Positions 1 through 14,400 of a stretch of DNA of 50,930 nt are shown piece after piece (the first letter of the stretch is position 1; each line of letters starts with the position of its first letter). Source of the stretch: Bipalium vagum (lineage: Eukaryota); assembly GCA_037834085.1 (NCBI GenBank), contig JBBMKC010196163.1:1-50930 (forward strand). The letters are read 5' to 3'. The notes below the pieces were generated by a model. The model made no database searches and had not been told where the DNA came from. It saw only the letters and a program-made list of their open reading frames with translations. A program made the position numbers and the translations under genes.

Positions 1-4
1 TTAC

Positions 5-58
<54 letters not shown>

Positions 59-76
59 GATTATTATTATTATTAT
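1..76. repeat. (TTA)n microsatellite
   Basis: Near-perfect TTA run from the window start. Confidence 0.95.
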
Positions 77-394
77 TTTAATTATTACTAGTGAATTTTT
101 CATAGCACTGACATCATTACATTGTCAAGAAATGATGAACTAAAAAGTAAATGTTAGATCAAATTTGCATATTTGTACTTTTGTGCCAGGCTCTCAAAGA
201 CAATGATGCCTTGATCAGCAATGACAACAAATGACAAAAAAATAATGGTCACATTCACTTTATTTGTTAAGTATTTGTAAAAAATTGTTATTTGCTTCAC
301 AGAAACTGTTTGCTCAATTAGTGCCGGGCCTGGGTATGTTGTTATCTTGATTTAATTATTATTTATTATTAAAATTAAAAAAATATCATTATAC

Positions 395-464
395 TGATCC
401 AGACAGGAGTCGAACCTTCTTTAATGGAATAATACTTTGAATTTTTACGCCACTCTAAAGGATC
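395..464 (-). pseudogene. Degenerate tRNA-like sequence (Arg-like); tRNA pseudogene or SINE head
   Basis: The minus strand reads GATCC...AGTGGCGTAA...AGGTTCGACTCCTGTCTGGATCA. It has complementary GATCC/GGATC ends, an A-box-like segment and an intact GGTTCGACTCC B-box. No credible anticodon arm. Confidence 0.5.
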
Positions 465-1979
465 GTCGATTTTTTAATGAAAAATACGATACGAAAAACG
501 TAGATCTTTTTAATGGTCGAAGGAAAAGTCAAAATGTTTTAAAATATTTTTATCGTTTATTATAATTAATTTTTTTAATATGAATTTTATCTCAGATTTT
601 ATCTCAATTTAGACTCGTTTATTTTTTAAGTTTCATGACATAATTAACTTCATTAATGAAGTTTTAATAACAATTGTGTAAAAATTATATTTAAAAACAT
701 TATTCATAATATAATATAATATTTAAATAATTTATAAAATAATATAATATTTATTATCCATTTTCGTGTGTTCTAATTTCTTTAAAATAATTTTATTATT
801 TTGAATATTTAATTTTTTATAATTATTATTATCAAATTTTTTTATTTAATTTTAATTTTAATTTTTAAATTTTTAGAAATTTCAATAAATAAATCAATGA
901 TTTTCTTAGTTTTAAAATAAATAAAGCATTTTTAACTTGATAAGTTTACGTAGATTTTTAAATATTTATTAACGTAAGTTTTCAATACTAAGTGATCAAT
1001 AATAATAATTTTTATTATTAAGAATTAAAATCAATTAATCGAAAAAATAAACAAGAAAAATATTAAAAAATAATTTTTAAAAATTTAAAAATTAATCCAT
1101 AAAAGCTTTTGAATAAAACATTTCCAAAACTGTATAAAAAATTCATGAACAAAGTTTTATTTTAAAAATAAAATAAAATTCACATTAAATCTTACTGGGT
1201 TTATTGCATATAAATATTTTCGTCCATAAAAATTTATCTAAAGGAATTTCATTTGCCTATTAAATAGAGAGATTAAAAGAATATATAATTTAATATTTAT
1301 CAATAAATATTAAAATAAGTAAATTTTGAAACTCTTTTTATTTAATATCTTAAATGAATAACGGTAATCTGAACGTGATGATTTTAATAGTAAATCGATA
1401 TCTGTCACTGAATTTTAAAAAATCAATAATTAAAGTTTCAATTTTATTTTAAAAAGTATTATTATTATTATTTTAATACTTAATTATTTTAATTTTTATT
1501 ATTATATTATATTTTTTATTATTTTTTATTATTTTAAAAAACTGTTATTATTAATTAATAAGTTTTTTTTCAAATATTATTATTTTAATTATTTTCAAGC
1601 CTCGATAAATTATTTTCTAGGTTTGGATTTACTATTCTTTTAAATCAGAGTTTAATCTTTATTTAGTTTAATATTAATTGATTATTATTTAATAATTATT
1701 AAAATTAATTAACCACTATCATTAATATACTGATAATAAATAATTGTTAATATATATAATTCAGGAATAATCAATGCCTTATATATGCTCTGATTTCGTA
1801 GAAAACTAAACAATGTTAGAGGTTCATTGAAATTAAAAAAAAGTAAAAATGTAAAAAAGAAAACTAATTGAAAAAGTAGTAAAATTAAAAATTGGAAAAA
1901 CTTTTGTCATTTTGGAAACATTTTAAGCATTATGTATCACGTTCTTCTCTCAGTTTATTTAACTAAAACAAAATATTAC

Positions 1980-2311
1980 TATTCTGTGTTTTGGCACACC
2001 AGGCCTTGTTGCTCAAAATATGGCCATATTCTTCAGAGCATGTTCTCTGTTTCTTTTTGCCTTTTGATCCAGAAGATGTGATCTTTCCATACGGAAAAAC
2101 TCCCAATAACTCTTTACAAGCTGAATTACATATCATGATAATCCAAGCAAAAATAATGACCATTGTTCTTACGTTGACAGCCCAAAATTTCGACCCTGAG
2201 ACTAGGATGGTTGTGCCAAGTGTACGTGTGAAACTTTATAAACCTTGCCCTTATTTTCTCATCCAAATAATTGTGCTTCACCGAAAAAGAATCGACATTG
2301 CCCTCAAAAAT
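1980..2311 (-). CDS. Discoidin gene exons 2311-2173 and 2120-1980, separated by a 52-nt intron
   Basis: FA58C C-terminal motif SLRVEILGC. The intron GTAAG...CAG at 2172-2121 links the two overlapping ORFs in the track. Confidence 0.9.
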
Positions 2312-5300
2312 CTGTTGTGAAAATGCTCTTTTAAAATTGTCCAATTTTACCATATCAAAAATCTATTAAAATGACTTACTTTTTGTAATGCAAAAAAGAC
2401 ATGGGAAAAGTATAATAAAATCTAAATTAATGGCTAAAACATATTGCCCGAAGTTAAATTATATTTTCCATTTGCTTTAATAGTTAAAGAAAATTCCTAT
2501 TTGTGTAATATCTGTGGGTCTAATTAAATAAAGGACAAGATATTGCCTAATAAAAAATAACCTTCAGTTTCGTATAATTTGGGAATCCGTATTTCCCTAT
2601 TTCATTTATCCCATCTATACTTTAATGTATTTTACTAATTTTTATTTTATTTATATTTATAACGATAATATCTAAAATTGTCAAAAATTGATTATTTTAT
2701 CAGTAATTATTTTTCTGGTAAATGATTATTGATAATTTAAACAAAAATGAGTTTAACAAACAATTGAAAAAAATCTTTAAATACGTCTGTATAAAATACG
2801 TACTGGTCAGTCATTTGGAAAAATATTTGCTTCTTAAGCCATCTTATAAAAGATATTCAATGAATAAATAATTTAAAAATTTTTTTAATGAACTTCGAGG
2901 GTTATCATAAAGAAAATATTATTTTTTTTCGCTTATGATAATTTATCACAAATATTAGGTCGTTTCATAAGTTTTGTCGTTTTTCATTAACGTATATAAA
3001 TATGGGAAAATAAAACTGTAAGGAATTAATAATTTCGTTTTTTAAATTATTATGTGAAGTTGTATTATAATACTACTTATTAATATAATACTACTTATTA
3101 TTTTAATACATAAAATATCTAAATTTCATAATTAAATTGAACAGGTGTAAATATTTAATTAATTAAAAAAGTAATTTAATAAAAGTTAATTTAATAAAGA
3201 CCCAATTTGTCATTGTACGGTGTTCCAGTTTAAGTACGGTGTCAACATAACGGTCACAATAAATACGCTGTCCATTCCAAATTAGCATAAAAAATTCAGG
3301 AAGAAAATTTCCATCTGGAAGGCAAGCCTAAATCTGGATCACCAACTGTTCTGCAAAAACTGACGAATAGAATTCATAAACAACCACTTGATCTGCACTA
3401 CTCTCCAGAATACAAACAGACCTATCTTTGATCGTTTGATACCGAAGATGAGAAATGGAAGACCGTCTAAGTTCCGGATGGCAATGAATTAACACACAAC
3501 AGGCATTGACTGAGATGGATACTATAACATGCTTGGATATAGCAAAATAGCCCGTGATTTAAAGGCTATTGTTAAGACTAGCGAAGCCGGAAATTGAGTC
3601 TTTTTTCAATTGATTTCCAAAATTCTGTGTTATTAACAATTTGCAATTCACTGTTTTCAATACATTAGAAGGTTTCCTTTTTAGATATGATTGTTAGTAG
3701 GGAAGAGAAATTGGTTGCATACGACAATCCTAAGCTCAAAAGACAAAAGAGTCCCTTGTGGGTATGCCTCAGTATCAACAGTAAAGTTCAATTTTAGAGG
3801 AAAATTGCTTTTATGAGTTTGGTGGAGAATGGCCGGACTGGTGCAAGATAACCAAACTCGATCCCCTAGAAATTTCGGGTTTATGGATTATCTTTAATGG
3901 ATTATCTTGCAACATGATAATGCTATACCAAAAAAATTGAACAATCTTTGATAATAATTTTGTTTCATGACAATTTTTTATTCACCGTGTATTAATGCGT
4001 TTGATCCTTTATGCGTACTACATATATTGTAACTTCATTATAAATCTTGATCTCAGAATAAACTTTTTTACTTCTAGTTGGTCAGTTATTTTTAATCGTA
4101 ACCTTTTATTTTATTTATATTCTTTATAATTACATTCTATTTCAAATGAAAATAAGTACTTTTTGACTGCCGTAATTATCCTTTATATAATGGAAGTTTG
4201 TTCCATCTGAACTATAGGAAATCATAAAGGTTGAAACCCATTCCAAACCATCTCCACGGCCTTGGGTTAACACTCCACTTACCTAAAATTTGATATTATT
4301 AAAATAAATAATATTATCATTATATATCATATTTTTTTAATAAAACATTTTTTGACTGAAATTAAATTTCGACGATTTATTTACGGCCCAATGGTTCATC
4401 ATTAATCAAGGAAACTATAAATTATTTCTGCACATTGAAATATAAATAAATAAAAAACGAAACGTTACATCATAAAAATGTATTGATATATTTTAAATAA
4501 GCAAATAAAAAGCCTGATACTTTTTTGTTTAAATATTATCATAAAGATCAGTGAGAGAATAACTGTTAGATCACACAAAATGATACCTTCTCAATAAAAA
4601 CTGTTTCACACACATTTCCGATTAGATTCTATTTATTGTTTACCTGTGAAGCTCAATTTCAATGATGTAAAAATTGTGTAAACATTTTTATTTCTTCCGA
4701 TTTCTGTATTCATTGTGAAACACGTTTTCGTTAAATTTCATTCAATTATAAATGGTGGGATGAAAGATCGAAAACTCGTAAAAGTTATTCCACTGAAACT
4801 TCTTATTTATATTAAAATTTATGGTGAAGTAAAGAAATATATCTGTTATTTAGAAAATATCTTTCTAAAAGCATCCTCCATTGCAATTGGTGGAATCCAG
4901 AAAGTCCTGAAAACTGTTCAATCAAAACGCAGTCTTTGTTCTACAAGCTTCAGAGACTTTACTAGACTTTGGTTCATGTTACAGATTTTTGTCTCTAGAA
5001 TTTCAACTTCTGAATAAATACAGTCTGATAATCACAGTGACCAGTCCTGTTAAGTAATACATATATCCGGGAAATTTGATTTGCTAAAACCTTATACCAT
5101 TTCAGTTTAATGTATCGGTACTAGATTTTGTTGGAAGGCACACAGTTTATCTGCATGAATTTCAAGGTTCTATGTAATTATTAGTATAAATTTTAAAGCT
5201 ATCATTGCCGAAATCAATCTTGTGATTTTTGAAAACAATATTCGATCTAAAACATGATGCCTACAAGTTTATGAGTTTGTAAGATGATAATGTTTCAAGG

Positions 5301-5407
5301 CGTTCGAGGGAGTACTCAAACATTTTCGTTATTGTGAGCTTTCTAAATATTGTAAAGGTTTTTATCTAAAAATTCGTTTTTCGATGTGAATTTTTCGAAT
5401 GAGTCAA

Positions 5408-5447
<40 letters not shown>

Positions 5448-8400
5448 TCGATCTAATTTATTTTCCTTATATAATCAAATTATCAAAGTAGTCGTACTTT
5501 AGCATTTAAAAATAAAGATTTAAAAATTTCCATGTGAAAATGTTAGTACAAGGAAAGTCTCTATACATTTTTGGCAATCTGTGTGAAATATGTTTTATTT
5601 TTCTCCTTTATTTTTATTTTCTTTATTTTGATTACTTTTGTTGTTGCACGTAGATATATTTTAATTCTGAAGGCTTATAATTATTTTTAATAAAATAATA
5701 CTTTTATTGATTTTAAATATATTATAATAAATATTATTGTGCTTTATTTTATATATAATAAATAATAATAAATTTATAATAAAATATAACTATTTTTAAA
5801 ATTAAATATTCATTATAACTCAGTTAGTTTATGTCCTGCTCCCACTTAAGGCTGATATATAAGAAAATTGCATGAATACTCTTTAAAAACTCAAAAATTT
5901 TAATTGATAAAGAAAAATAGCTTTAAAAAATAATATAATTTTTCTAAATAAATATCATAAGTATAACATTTGGTACGCTGATATGACAGTTAAAATAATT
6001 ATCAATATATTTTACTGAAGCTCCGAGAAGAGCGTCTAATAATAAACTGGGAAATATTTCAAAGATATATAATTTCTTTTGAAATCCTACAGAAAGCATT
6101 TCTATTCTAACTCTGTGGAATCCCTTATTAAAGTACTTTGGTATCTAAAACGCAATTTCTCCGACATTTCGACTGTCAAATCTATATTTGTGCTAGCTTG
6201 TACTCTTGTAATTAATTTAATTAAGCAATTGAAAGTGGTCATAGTCAGTGGCAACGGAGAAACCAGTTAAGATAATGAGAAAAATGATAAGAAAATTATT
6301 ACCAACAGTAAAATGACTTCATCTGAAACAAAGATATAATTATTTGAAATCATCAATATAGACTAAAGTGAATTTGATCAATCATTCCATGAAACCCTGT
6401 CGTTTAAGGTTCTAAACCTTTGTAAAAGACTAACTCAAAAGAAATTAACTTTTTTATAATGATAATGATAATATTTATTTATTAAAATTTAATATTTTTC
6501 TACAGAATGACCACTAACTTTAATACACTTACGTAAGTGGTTATAAAAGTCATTCATAATATTTTTTCACATTTCTTTGGATATTTTAACTGCCTCCAAT
6601 TGAATAATATCTTTCAGATCTTGTGTCTTCATATTTCTCTAATAGAAGAAATCAAGTGGTGTTATTTCGCATATTGTTATCTTCAAATGCTGGTCTTCCA
6701 GACTCCCAAAGGAAACAAGTCAATTTAGAAAAATGTAAATTGAATTTATTTAATTATGAGATATATTTTGCTGAGCTCCAAAATCGGATATTTAATTTGT
6801 ACACACCCTATATTTTCCTTATTCATCTATCATAATATAATGACGTGCGCTATTGAGAGTGAAAAGTATCGATACTCCGTCAACAATTTTTAAAAATGGG
6901 ATTTAGTCCGCAAAAAATTTTAATTGAAAAAGAAAAGATAAAGCTTTCTACTGATTGAATCAATCAATAACTTTCCGGAGTTCTTAAGAAACTGATTCAA
7001 TCTGCATAAACGTGTTATTAATGTAATATTAAAGGGTTTTTGGGAACAATTGTATTTAACATTCATTACTGGTGAAATATCTCTGAACCATATCCTAGTA
7101 ATGGTCTTAAAAACTACCTGCCTATTGATCTGAGATATCATATAATATTCTCAACATTTTGCTTTAATTAATCGGATTGATTTTAATATTAATAATTATG
7201 ATCTATATTAACTGTTCACAGTGGGTAACAATGTTACTTATGTATCTTCGTAAAATAGTAATTTACAAATCAGAAATGGTCAAAGCATGATGGCATTAGT
7301 GTCGATCAAGACTTATTATTATTTAATAAATATATACTCTGATCATACTTTATAAACTATCATAATTAAAGCTAATTAAAGTATTAATGATATCCGAAAA
7401 TGATTTCTTAATTTTGTCATTTTTATTTCAGAAGATTAAGATTTTCCTTTCTCATCATTAAAGAGTTCTTCATTCATAATGAAATGAAAAATATTCGTTT
7501 TTATTGGTAATCTGCTTTTTATTTTTACTTATCTTAATATTCATCAATTAGTATTATTATTATTATGAATATTATTAAAAATATTTAATATTTATGTCAT
7601 ATATATTAAAAAATGATTAAATGTAACCTTAAAGCATTTTGTGCATTAAATTTTAATTAAATTTAGCTTATATATTTTTAAATATANNNNNNNNNNNNNN
7701 NNNNNNNNNNNNNNNNNNNNNNNNNNNNNNNNNNNNNNNNNNNNNNNNNNNNNNNNNNNNNNNNNNNNNNNNNNNNNNNNNNNNNNNNNNNNNNNNNNNN
7801 NNNNNNNNNNNNNNNNNNNNNNNNNNNAAAAATATTCAAATATAAATATAAATATAAAAATATAAAAATATTCAAATATAAATATAAATATAAAAATATA
7901 TAAAAATAAAAAATATGAATATAATAAATAGTATAATAAATGTTCATTTGATTTTTCACTTAGCTACGTATACAAAGTAATTTTGTCTCAAATGTACTTT
8001 TATCTCTGAAATATTTTAAGTGTTAATTTCTTTACAGTTAATTACCGCTTATACCTTTATAATGTTTATATGAATTTGAGAAATTAATATTTAATATTTA
8101 TTTGTTAATTAAAATGTAAACGTAACTCAAATTCTTCAATTTTATTATGAAAGAAAATCTCTATTAAACCCTTTTCATTTTTTTAAAATAAAAATTACTA
8201 AAATTAAAGATAATAAAATAATTTTAAAAAACCTTTTTTGAATAAATTCCATTTAGGTTCCCAGTTCTTTGAGTATTACAGAATATTTTAATAATGAACG
8301 TTGTATTAATGAAAATTATGTGCACACACGCATTAGATTTGAGACTTAAAATGGGCCGTTTATCAACTTGCAGTTGACTGAACTATTTGCTGTTATTTGT

Positions 8401-11400
8401 GGTAAGCGTTTTTCAAAAATATTCAGTGAAACGTTTCTGATATTTCTAACAATGTTTTTGTCACATAGTTTTATATTGAGAATTTTTATAACAAAACCAA
8501 CGAACTGTCTGAAGTGATGCTGTTTTTGTAGCTCTTTTTTTAATTGAAACTAAAAAAATGTCAATTGTAAGGAAAAATGGATTTATTTTAGCATTTTAGA
8601 TCCAGGAAAACAATTTCCCCTTGTTGACTCCTTCAAAACAACGACAAAGAGGAACATCTCTGCAAAGAAGACTCAGTTTTAATAAGGGTGTAACTCATTT
8701 GTGATCAAACTGTTAAATGAGGTTTGTACCAAGAGCGTGTTATCCTTCTGAATCAGGTATTGAATGAAAACAATACCTGAGTGTGAGACAATGTAAGGTG
8801 AAATAATTTAAGTACAGGACAAAATCTACCCACACGTCACAAATGGATTCTAATGATATGTATGAAGACCACCGATAAGAAACACAATGCTAATTCGCTG
8901 AAACATTGACTGAACAACATTTCAAATTCTCAGGGGAGATTAGAAAATGGGTCACTATCTGAGACCCACTAAAGATGGCGTTTCGAAGTCTTGGAAGTTA
9001 TCTGCTTCTTCAAAGATAAAAGAAAATCAATACAACTTCCGATGACATATTTTTTGAGATTTATATGTAAATAGACAAAATATAGTGAAAATAATTCTCA
9101 CTTTCATCTCAAACAGTAATTTTTCAAGTATAACTTTTATTGAATTTTCATTACATTTTTTAATTTTAAATATCATCCAATATATGAAAAGCTTACCACT
9201 GCCTCTGTTCCAAGATCTATTTGAAGCCATTCCGAAAATGATTTAAATTTTGCGCACCAACTTTTTCGGTTATCTAAATAGACTCTAGCTTGGGACGCTT
9301 TACAGTTTTCTCTCCAAGAAATCAATTCTGTTGATGAAGCGGTTATTTGATTATCTCTAATATCTCCCAAAATCATTCCCAACGGTCCGACAGTTTGACA
9401 ATCTATAACAAGAACAATGTGAATAACCTTTATAATATTCCGAGGCTTAGTAAGGTATCTTTGAATCTAATACATAATAAAGTAATCATGCCAGTATTAT
9501 CTTTGACAACCCTTCCAGTAATTTTAATACTTCAAAGAGATACTATAAAGAATTTAACATGAAGATTTATGCTTTTAACTATGATATTTGGAGAAAACGT
9601 TTTTTTCTGTTTAAAACATGCTTTTTGAAATGGTTATTTTCAATTCAATCCTAGAGTAATGATTTTTCTGACTCTAAATTTCAAGATGAACCACATTCTG
9701 AATGTCACAACAAAATGTTAAAAAAACCATGATCATTATGTATTGAAAATATATATAATATTGAAAATTTGCATTACTTTTGACACACCCTGTATGATCA
9801 TTATACACTCGGTACAACCAATTACCATAAAGAAAAAAATTATGATATAAAACTTTACATGATATTAAAATGTTGAAACTTCCCAAAGAATATCAAGTGG
9901 ATTTGAACTGTTAATAAAGATAAGTCTAACGTTCCTAAATTCCTTTTATTGAGTAAATATTTAAATTTTTATTCATCAAATTAATCCAAACAAAAATTTA
10001 TCATATTTAGATTTTATTTTTTATTATTTAAAAAAAATAATCCCTCTTTCTTTCGTTTTATTTTCCTAAATTTTTGTCAAAGGTTATCAACAATTACTGT
10101 TTACTCATTAATTAGAAGAGGAATATTTTAGATCATTGAAAATGTTTTGCTTGTTTGCAAATACGTTAAAAAATACTGCTGTTTTTAAATAAAAACCTGT
10201 TTCCTTGTAAATATCTCGAATTATGATTTTATTATATTATTATTATTATTTTTTATAATAGAAAAAAATGTTAATCTTACGTAAATATATTATATTAAAA
10301 ATATTGCCCATGAAATAAGCGCGAAAATTAAACAATGGCGCGTGATACAGTTTTTGTTTAAGTCTGGTGAAAATAACGCGAAAAAAGTCATCAACGAAGC
10401 TACTTTTACAACTTGGAAAGAAAAGTGTCAGAGATGTGTTGATGAAGAGAATGGATATATTGCCTAGAGTGAATATGTAGCTTAATATTGAACTTTCGTT
10501 GTAAAATAAAAAAATTATTTTATTTTTTTTTCTATTTTTCTTTAACAGGCAAAACATTTTGAACAGTCTGATAATATTATATTATTAATCATTTATTATA
10601 ATTAATCATTTAACCCAATCAACCATGAAAGACATTATTCAAAGTTCCCATTTTCATTACTCCCTTTTATTCAGCCAATCCTCAGATTCAGTGATCTTCA
10701 ATACAAGCTTATTTCATACAAAACCACAATATAATTATCAATAATTTGATATTATCATTTGTACAAGAATGCAAAATTAAATGTCAATAATGGCCCATCA
10801 TCTTTATGAAACTGTCTGTCATTTATACGTTATCACGTGGGCTTCAGATGCCTTTGTAAAAGGAATTAAGAGGTCTTCTGGAACTAGGTCTTGTTTGAAT
10901 GGTGGTATAGCTTCTCTCTACTAATTTGTTTGTTTATATAGATAGTGTTGAGTTATATGTCAAAAGGTATATGTAGATTTTGGCCAATCAAGAGTATCAA
11001 TAAACTATGTGCATCTTATTTTTATTGATCTTCATTAAATTAATTTTGTGTTGTGTATGAATGCCATCCTCAGGGAATTACTTTTTACTTGTTTTATCAT
11101 AAAATGAATCTCGGGATCAAATTAATTAATCGACGGAAAATACGATGAAAAAATGAATTCTAAGGACCCTTTAAACTTTTCAGAAAGACGTGATTTGTTT
11201 TTTTTTGCTATTTATATTTTGAGAGTAAACATTATAATTATTATGTCAACTTATGTAAACTTTTAAGCGATGCATTAAAGTTCTATTTTAATTAATTTAA
11301 ATTACAAATAGTTTAATTAACTAATTTCTATTAATCACTGATTCTGATACCAAAACACTAACGCAACATTGAAAATTCCAATCCAGTTCAATGAAACATT

Positions 11401-14400
11401 TAAAAGGATATTTATAGTCTTATAATTATATCACAAGAAACTTTAATTAAATGAAAGATAAATAAATATTTCAGTACTACAGGGTGTCTCAAATGTCTCC
11501 GCGGGAAGTATGCTTTGATGTTTCTAATGCACTTTGAGATATTTAATTTGCTTTTTAAAAAGAAAGAAAAGTTTGTAAAGTTTTATTTTATATAAAATAA
11601 TCTACAAAAATTGTTCAAAATGACTACCAGTATGCGAAATACATACATTCACTCCTTTTACAATATTTTAAAATACTTTAAACAAAGTTTCTCTGGTCAT
11701 GCCTTTCATTTCTTCAGTGATTTTTGTTTTCAAATAGTCAATATTTTTTATTTCAGTTTTCAAAACTTTGTTCTTTAAATGACTCCATAAATTGACATTA
11801 GCAGTTGTTGTATCTCGTAAAAATGGGCGCCATCGAATTAAACCACTTTCAGTGATCACCTTTTGTCTTCCAGAACGTTTTCGATATTCTATTGATCCAG
11901 TTTCACAAAAATGACAAAAGATCTCTCTTTTACTACTTTCACTTGGCGAGTTTTCCCAATTTTAATTTTTTATTTTCCACACAAATTGCCTCGAATTGGA
12001 TCAATATTAATAATAATTTATTCTGGTGCTTATGTGAACAGCCATTGGCTAAATGTAATTTTAAAATATTAAAATAAAACTTAACCTTATTATACAAATA
12101 GAAATTTAAATGGGTTGAATTGAATGAAAAATATTTCAGCTTACTTTCAGCGGGGACTTTTGTGAAACCCTGTAAAAAGCTACTATAAAATGTATTAAGA
12201 ATGACATTCAATAAATTTCATTTTTAATTTTGATTATGAGAGATTAAATAACATTTTATGCTTTATTTTCAATGTCTACTTATTACGAACATGGAAATAT
12301 GACCCGCTTTATACTTGTGTGAAACCTCATTTATTTATGTGGGAATTTTTTCTTTTTTAAGACTCCAACTTATTATGTTGGTAATTATGGAATTTTTCTG
12401 GATTAGAATTATGAACTCCTTCATCATCCATCATATTCACCAGAATTAGTCCTAAATGATTTTCAGTTATTCTGATATCTAGGCTCAATTTCTACAGAGA
12501 CATGCTTTACTAATCAGCAAGACACGAAAAATCTTATCGGCCAATTCTTTGAATCAAAAATTGGTGATTTCTTTAAACCTATGGTTAAGGCAGTATCAAC
12601 CACGGACTGAGGTGTATTGAAGCAGATGGAGCTTATTTTGATAAATAAAATGTTTTATAAACCCATGTCCTCAATTAATTCTGAAAGCTAATTATTATAT
12701 TAAAAATGACATTTTATCTGCACCAATATCATAATTTTTTTAATTAATTAATTTTTTTTTTGAAGGCCTCGTAAATAAAAATAATTAAAATAAATTTGGA
12801 TAAAAAACTTATAATATTATTAAAAAGTTTCAAATTATTATATAAAGTTTTTTTTATTATTATTTATTAATTTATTATTAATATTATCAGTTAAGCCGCT
12901 GATTGATATCTTATTAAAATATATCAATATATAATTCCTGGTCTTTTTTCTTTATTTCATTTCCAATAATGAAAGCTTAGGAACAATATATAGCGAATAA
13001 TTATTTCAATTATATTTTATTTCCACCAATAATAAAATCGCTAATTAAACATTATTGTATTTTCCAATAACAATATTATGTTTTGATACTTTCAATAAAG
13101 ATAATTTAGAGAAATTATCGTGTACTATAAGTTTTCCCTTTGCAATTTATTCAAGATCAATATGAACAAATAATTATATCGACAATCTCGATTAACTCGC
13201 CTGTTCGCTTTTACCATCTGCACAAAGAATGCGATATCAATGTTCGCCGAGTTTTTTACAGTTTAGCGAGGTGGTATGCCATGATTTATTTACAACCATT
13301 TGATGCATTTTCCCACATATGGAATAAAAATAATATTTGTTATCAAAACTCAAGGAAGAATTCGGTTTTTTGGAAAATTTTAAATGGAGATTAATTTTAT
13401 GTAACAATTCTTCGTTTGTTGATTTAAACAAACGGACCAATATCCTCATTTACCAGATTGGTTGACCTAGTTAAACCTAAGTCTTGTTTTATTAACCTCT
13501 TAAATTCTCACAAAATAATCTTCACAAATGTCGGGGGCGTAGATTAATCGGAATGGATTTGAAATCCTTCATATTTTATGGGAAACTTGTTTCTTATTTT
13601 ATTTCCCATGGAGAATCTATCAAATATAAATATAAGAAATAAATAAAATGTATAAGATATTTGTCAATTCATGTATTAATGAAGAAACCTTAACCTGGAC
13701 TAGCGAACTATCACTTCTATTGGTGATAAATTAAATTTTTATTTTTTGAATAATTTTATTTTTAATTGATTAATATCATTTTTAGATATAAGAAAAATAG
13801 TCTTAACCCCTTACCAAACCATAAATCTGGTACTAGGTATAAGTAATGAATGTTAAAACGTATGTAAATGAATTTATTAATTCCACTGGTAATCCCAGCT
13901 CAATAGCATATATTAAAGTTATTGCAGTTAAAAATCTCGTACTTGAAATTGAGGAGTTGAAAAATATGTCGATCTCTGATCAATTTTTATTTAGTCCTTC
14001 GTCATCCTGTATATCAGTTGAGCTCTTTATTGGATTTGATTGATAACCGACAAGTTTATTTTGAAAAAAATAGAGTGCTTAAGGCTAGCTTATGCTTGTA
14101 TATTGTTGCATGGAATAATGAAATAATACTTTGGTTTTATTTTGTTGGTTTTCGAAACTGAAGTAATGATTAAAAGATATTGCCGAGGGCATATGTATGT
14201 TTGTGTTAGAAGTGAAATTCTTAAACCATCAACAGACAATCTATTGCGATCTTTATTCGCTATTTTTATCGAGGGTTAGCTATCCCGTTGCTTCGTACCT
14301 AATGCTCTTCACACCACTCACTAATATAAGGAAGACCATGATTATATCTTTAGACGATGATTAGACATACGATGATGACCCATGTGGTGATATCATTAGT

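Noticed and set aside
1-76. Terminal TTA repeat as a telomere
   Set aside because: The same microsatellite recurs internally (5408, 15385), has no G-rich strand, and the discoidin gene appears to continue past this edge.
8300-9030. Further Tc1/mariner-like relics here and at about 39720-40130 and 43640-44040, and a possible APE fragment at 45120-45480
   Set aside because: Probably TE-derived, but the motifs are too decayed to support a specific call.
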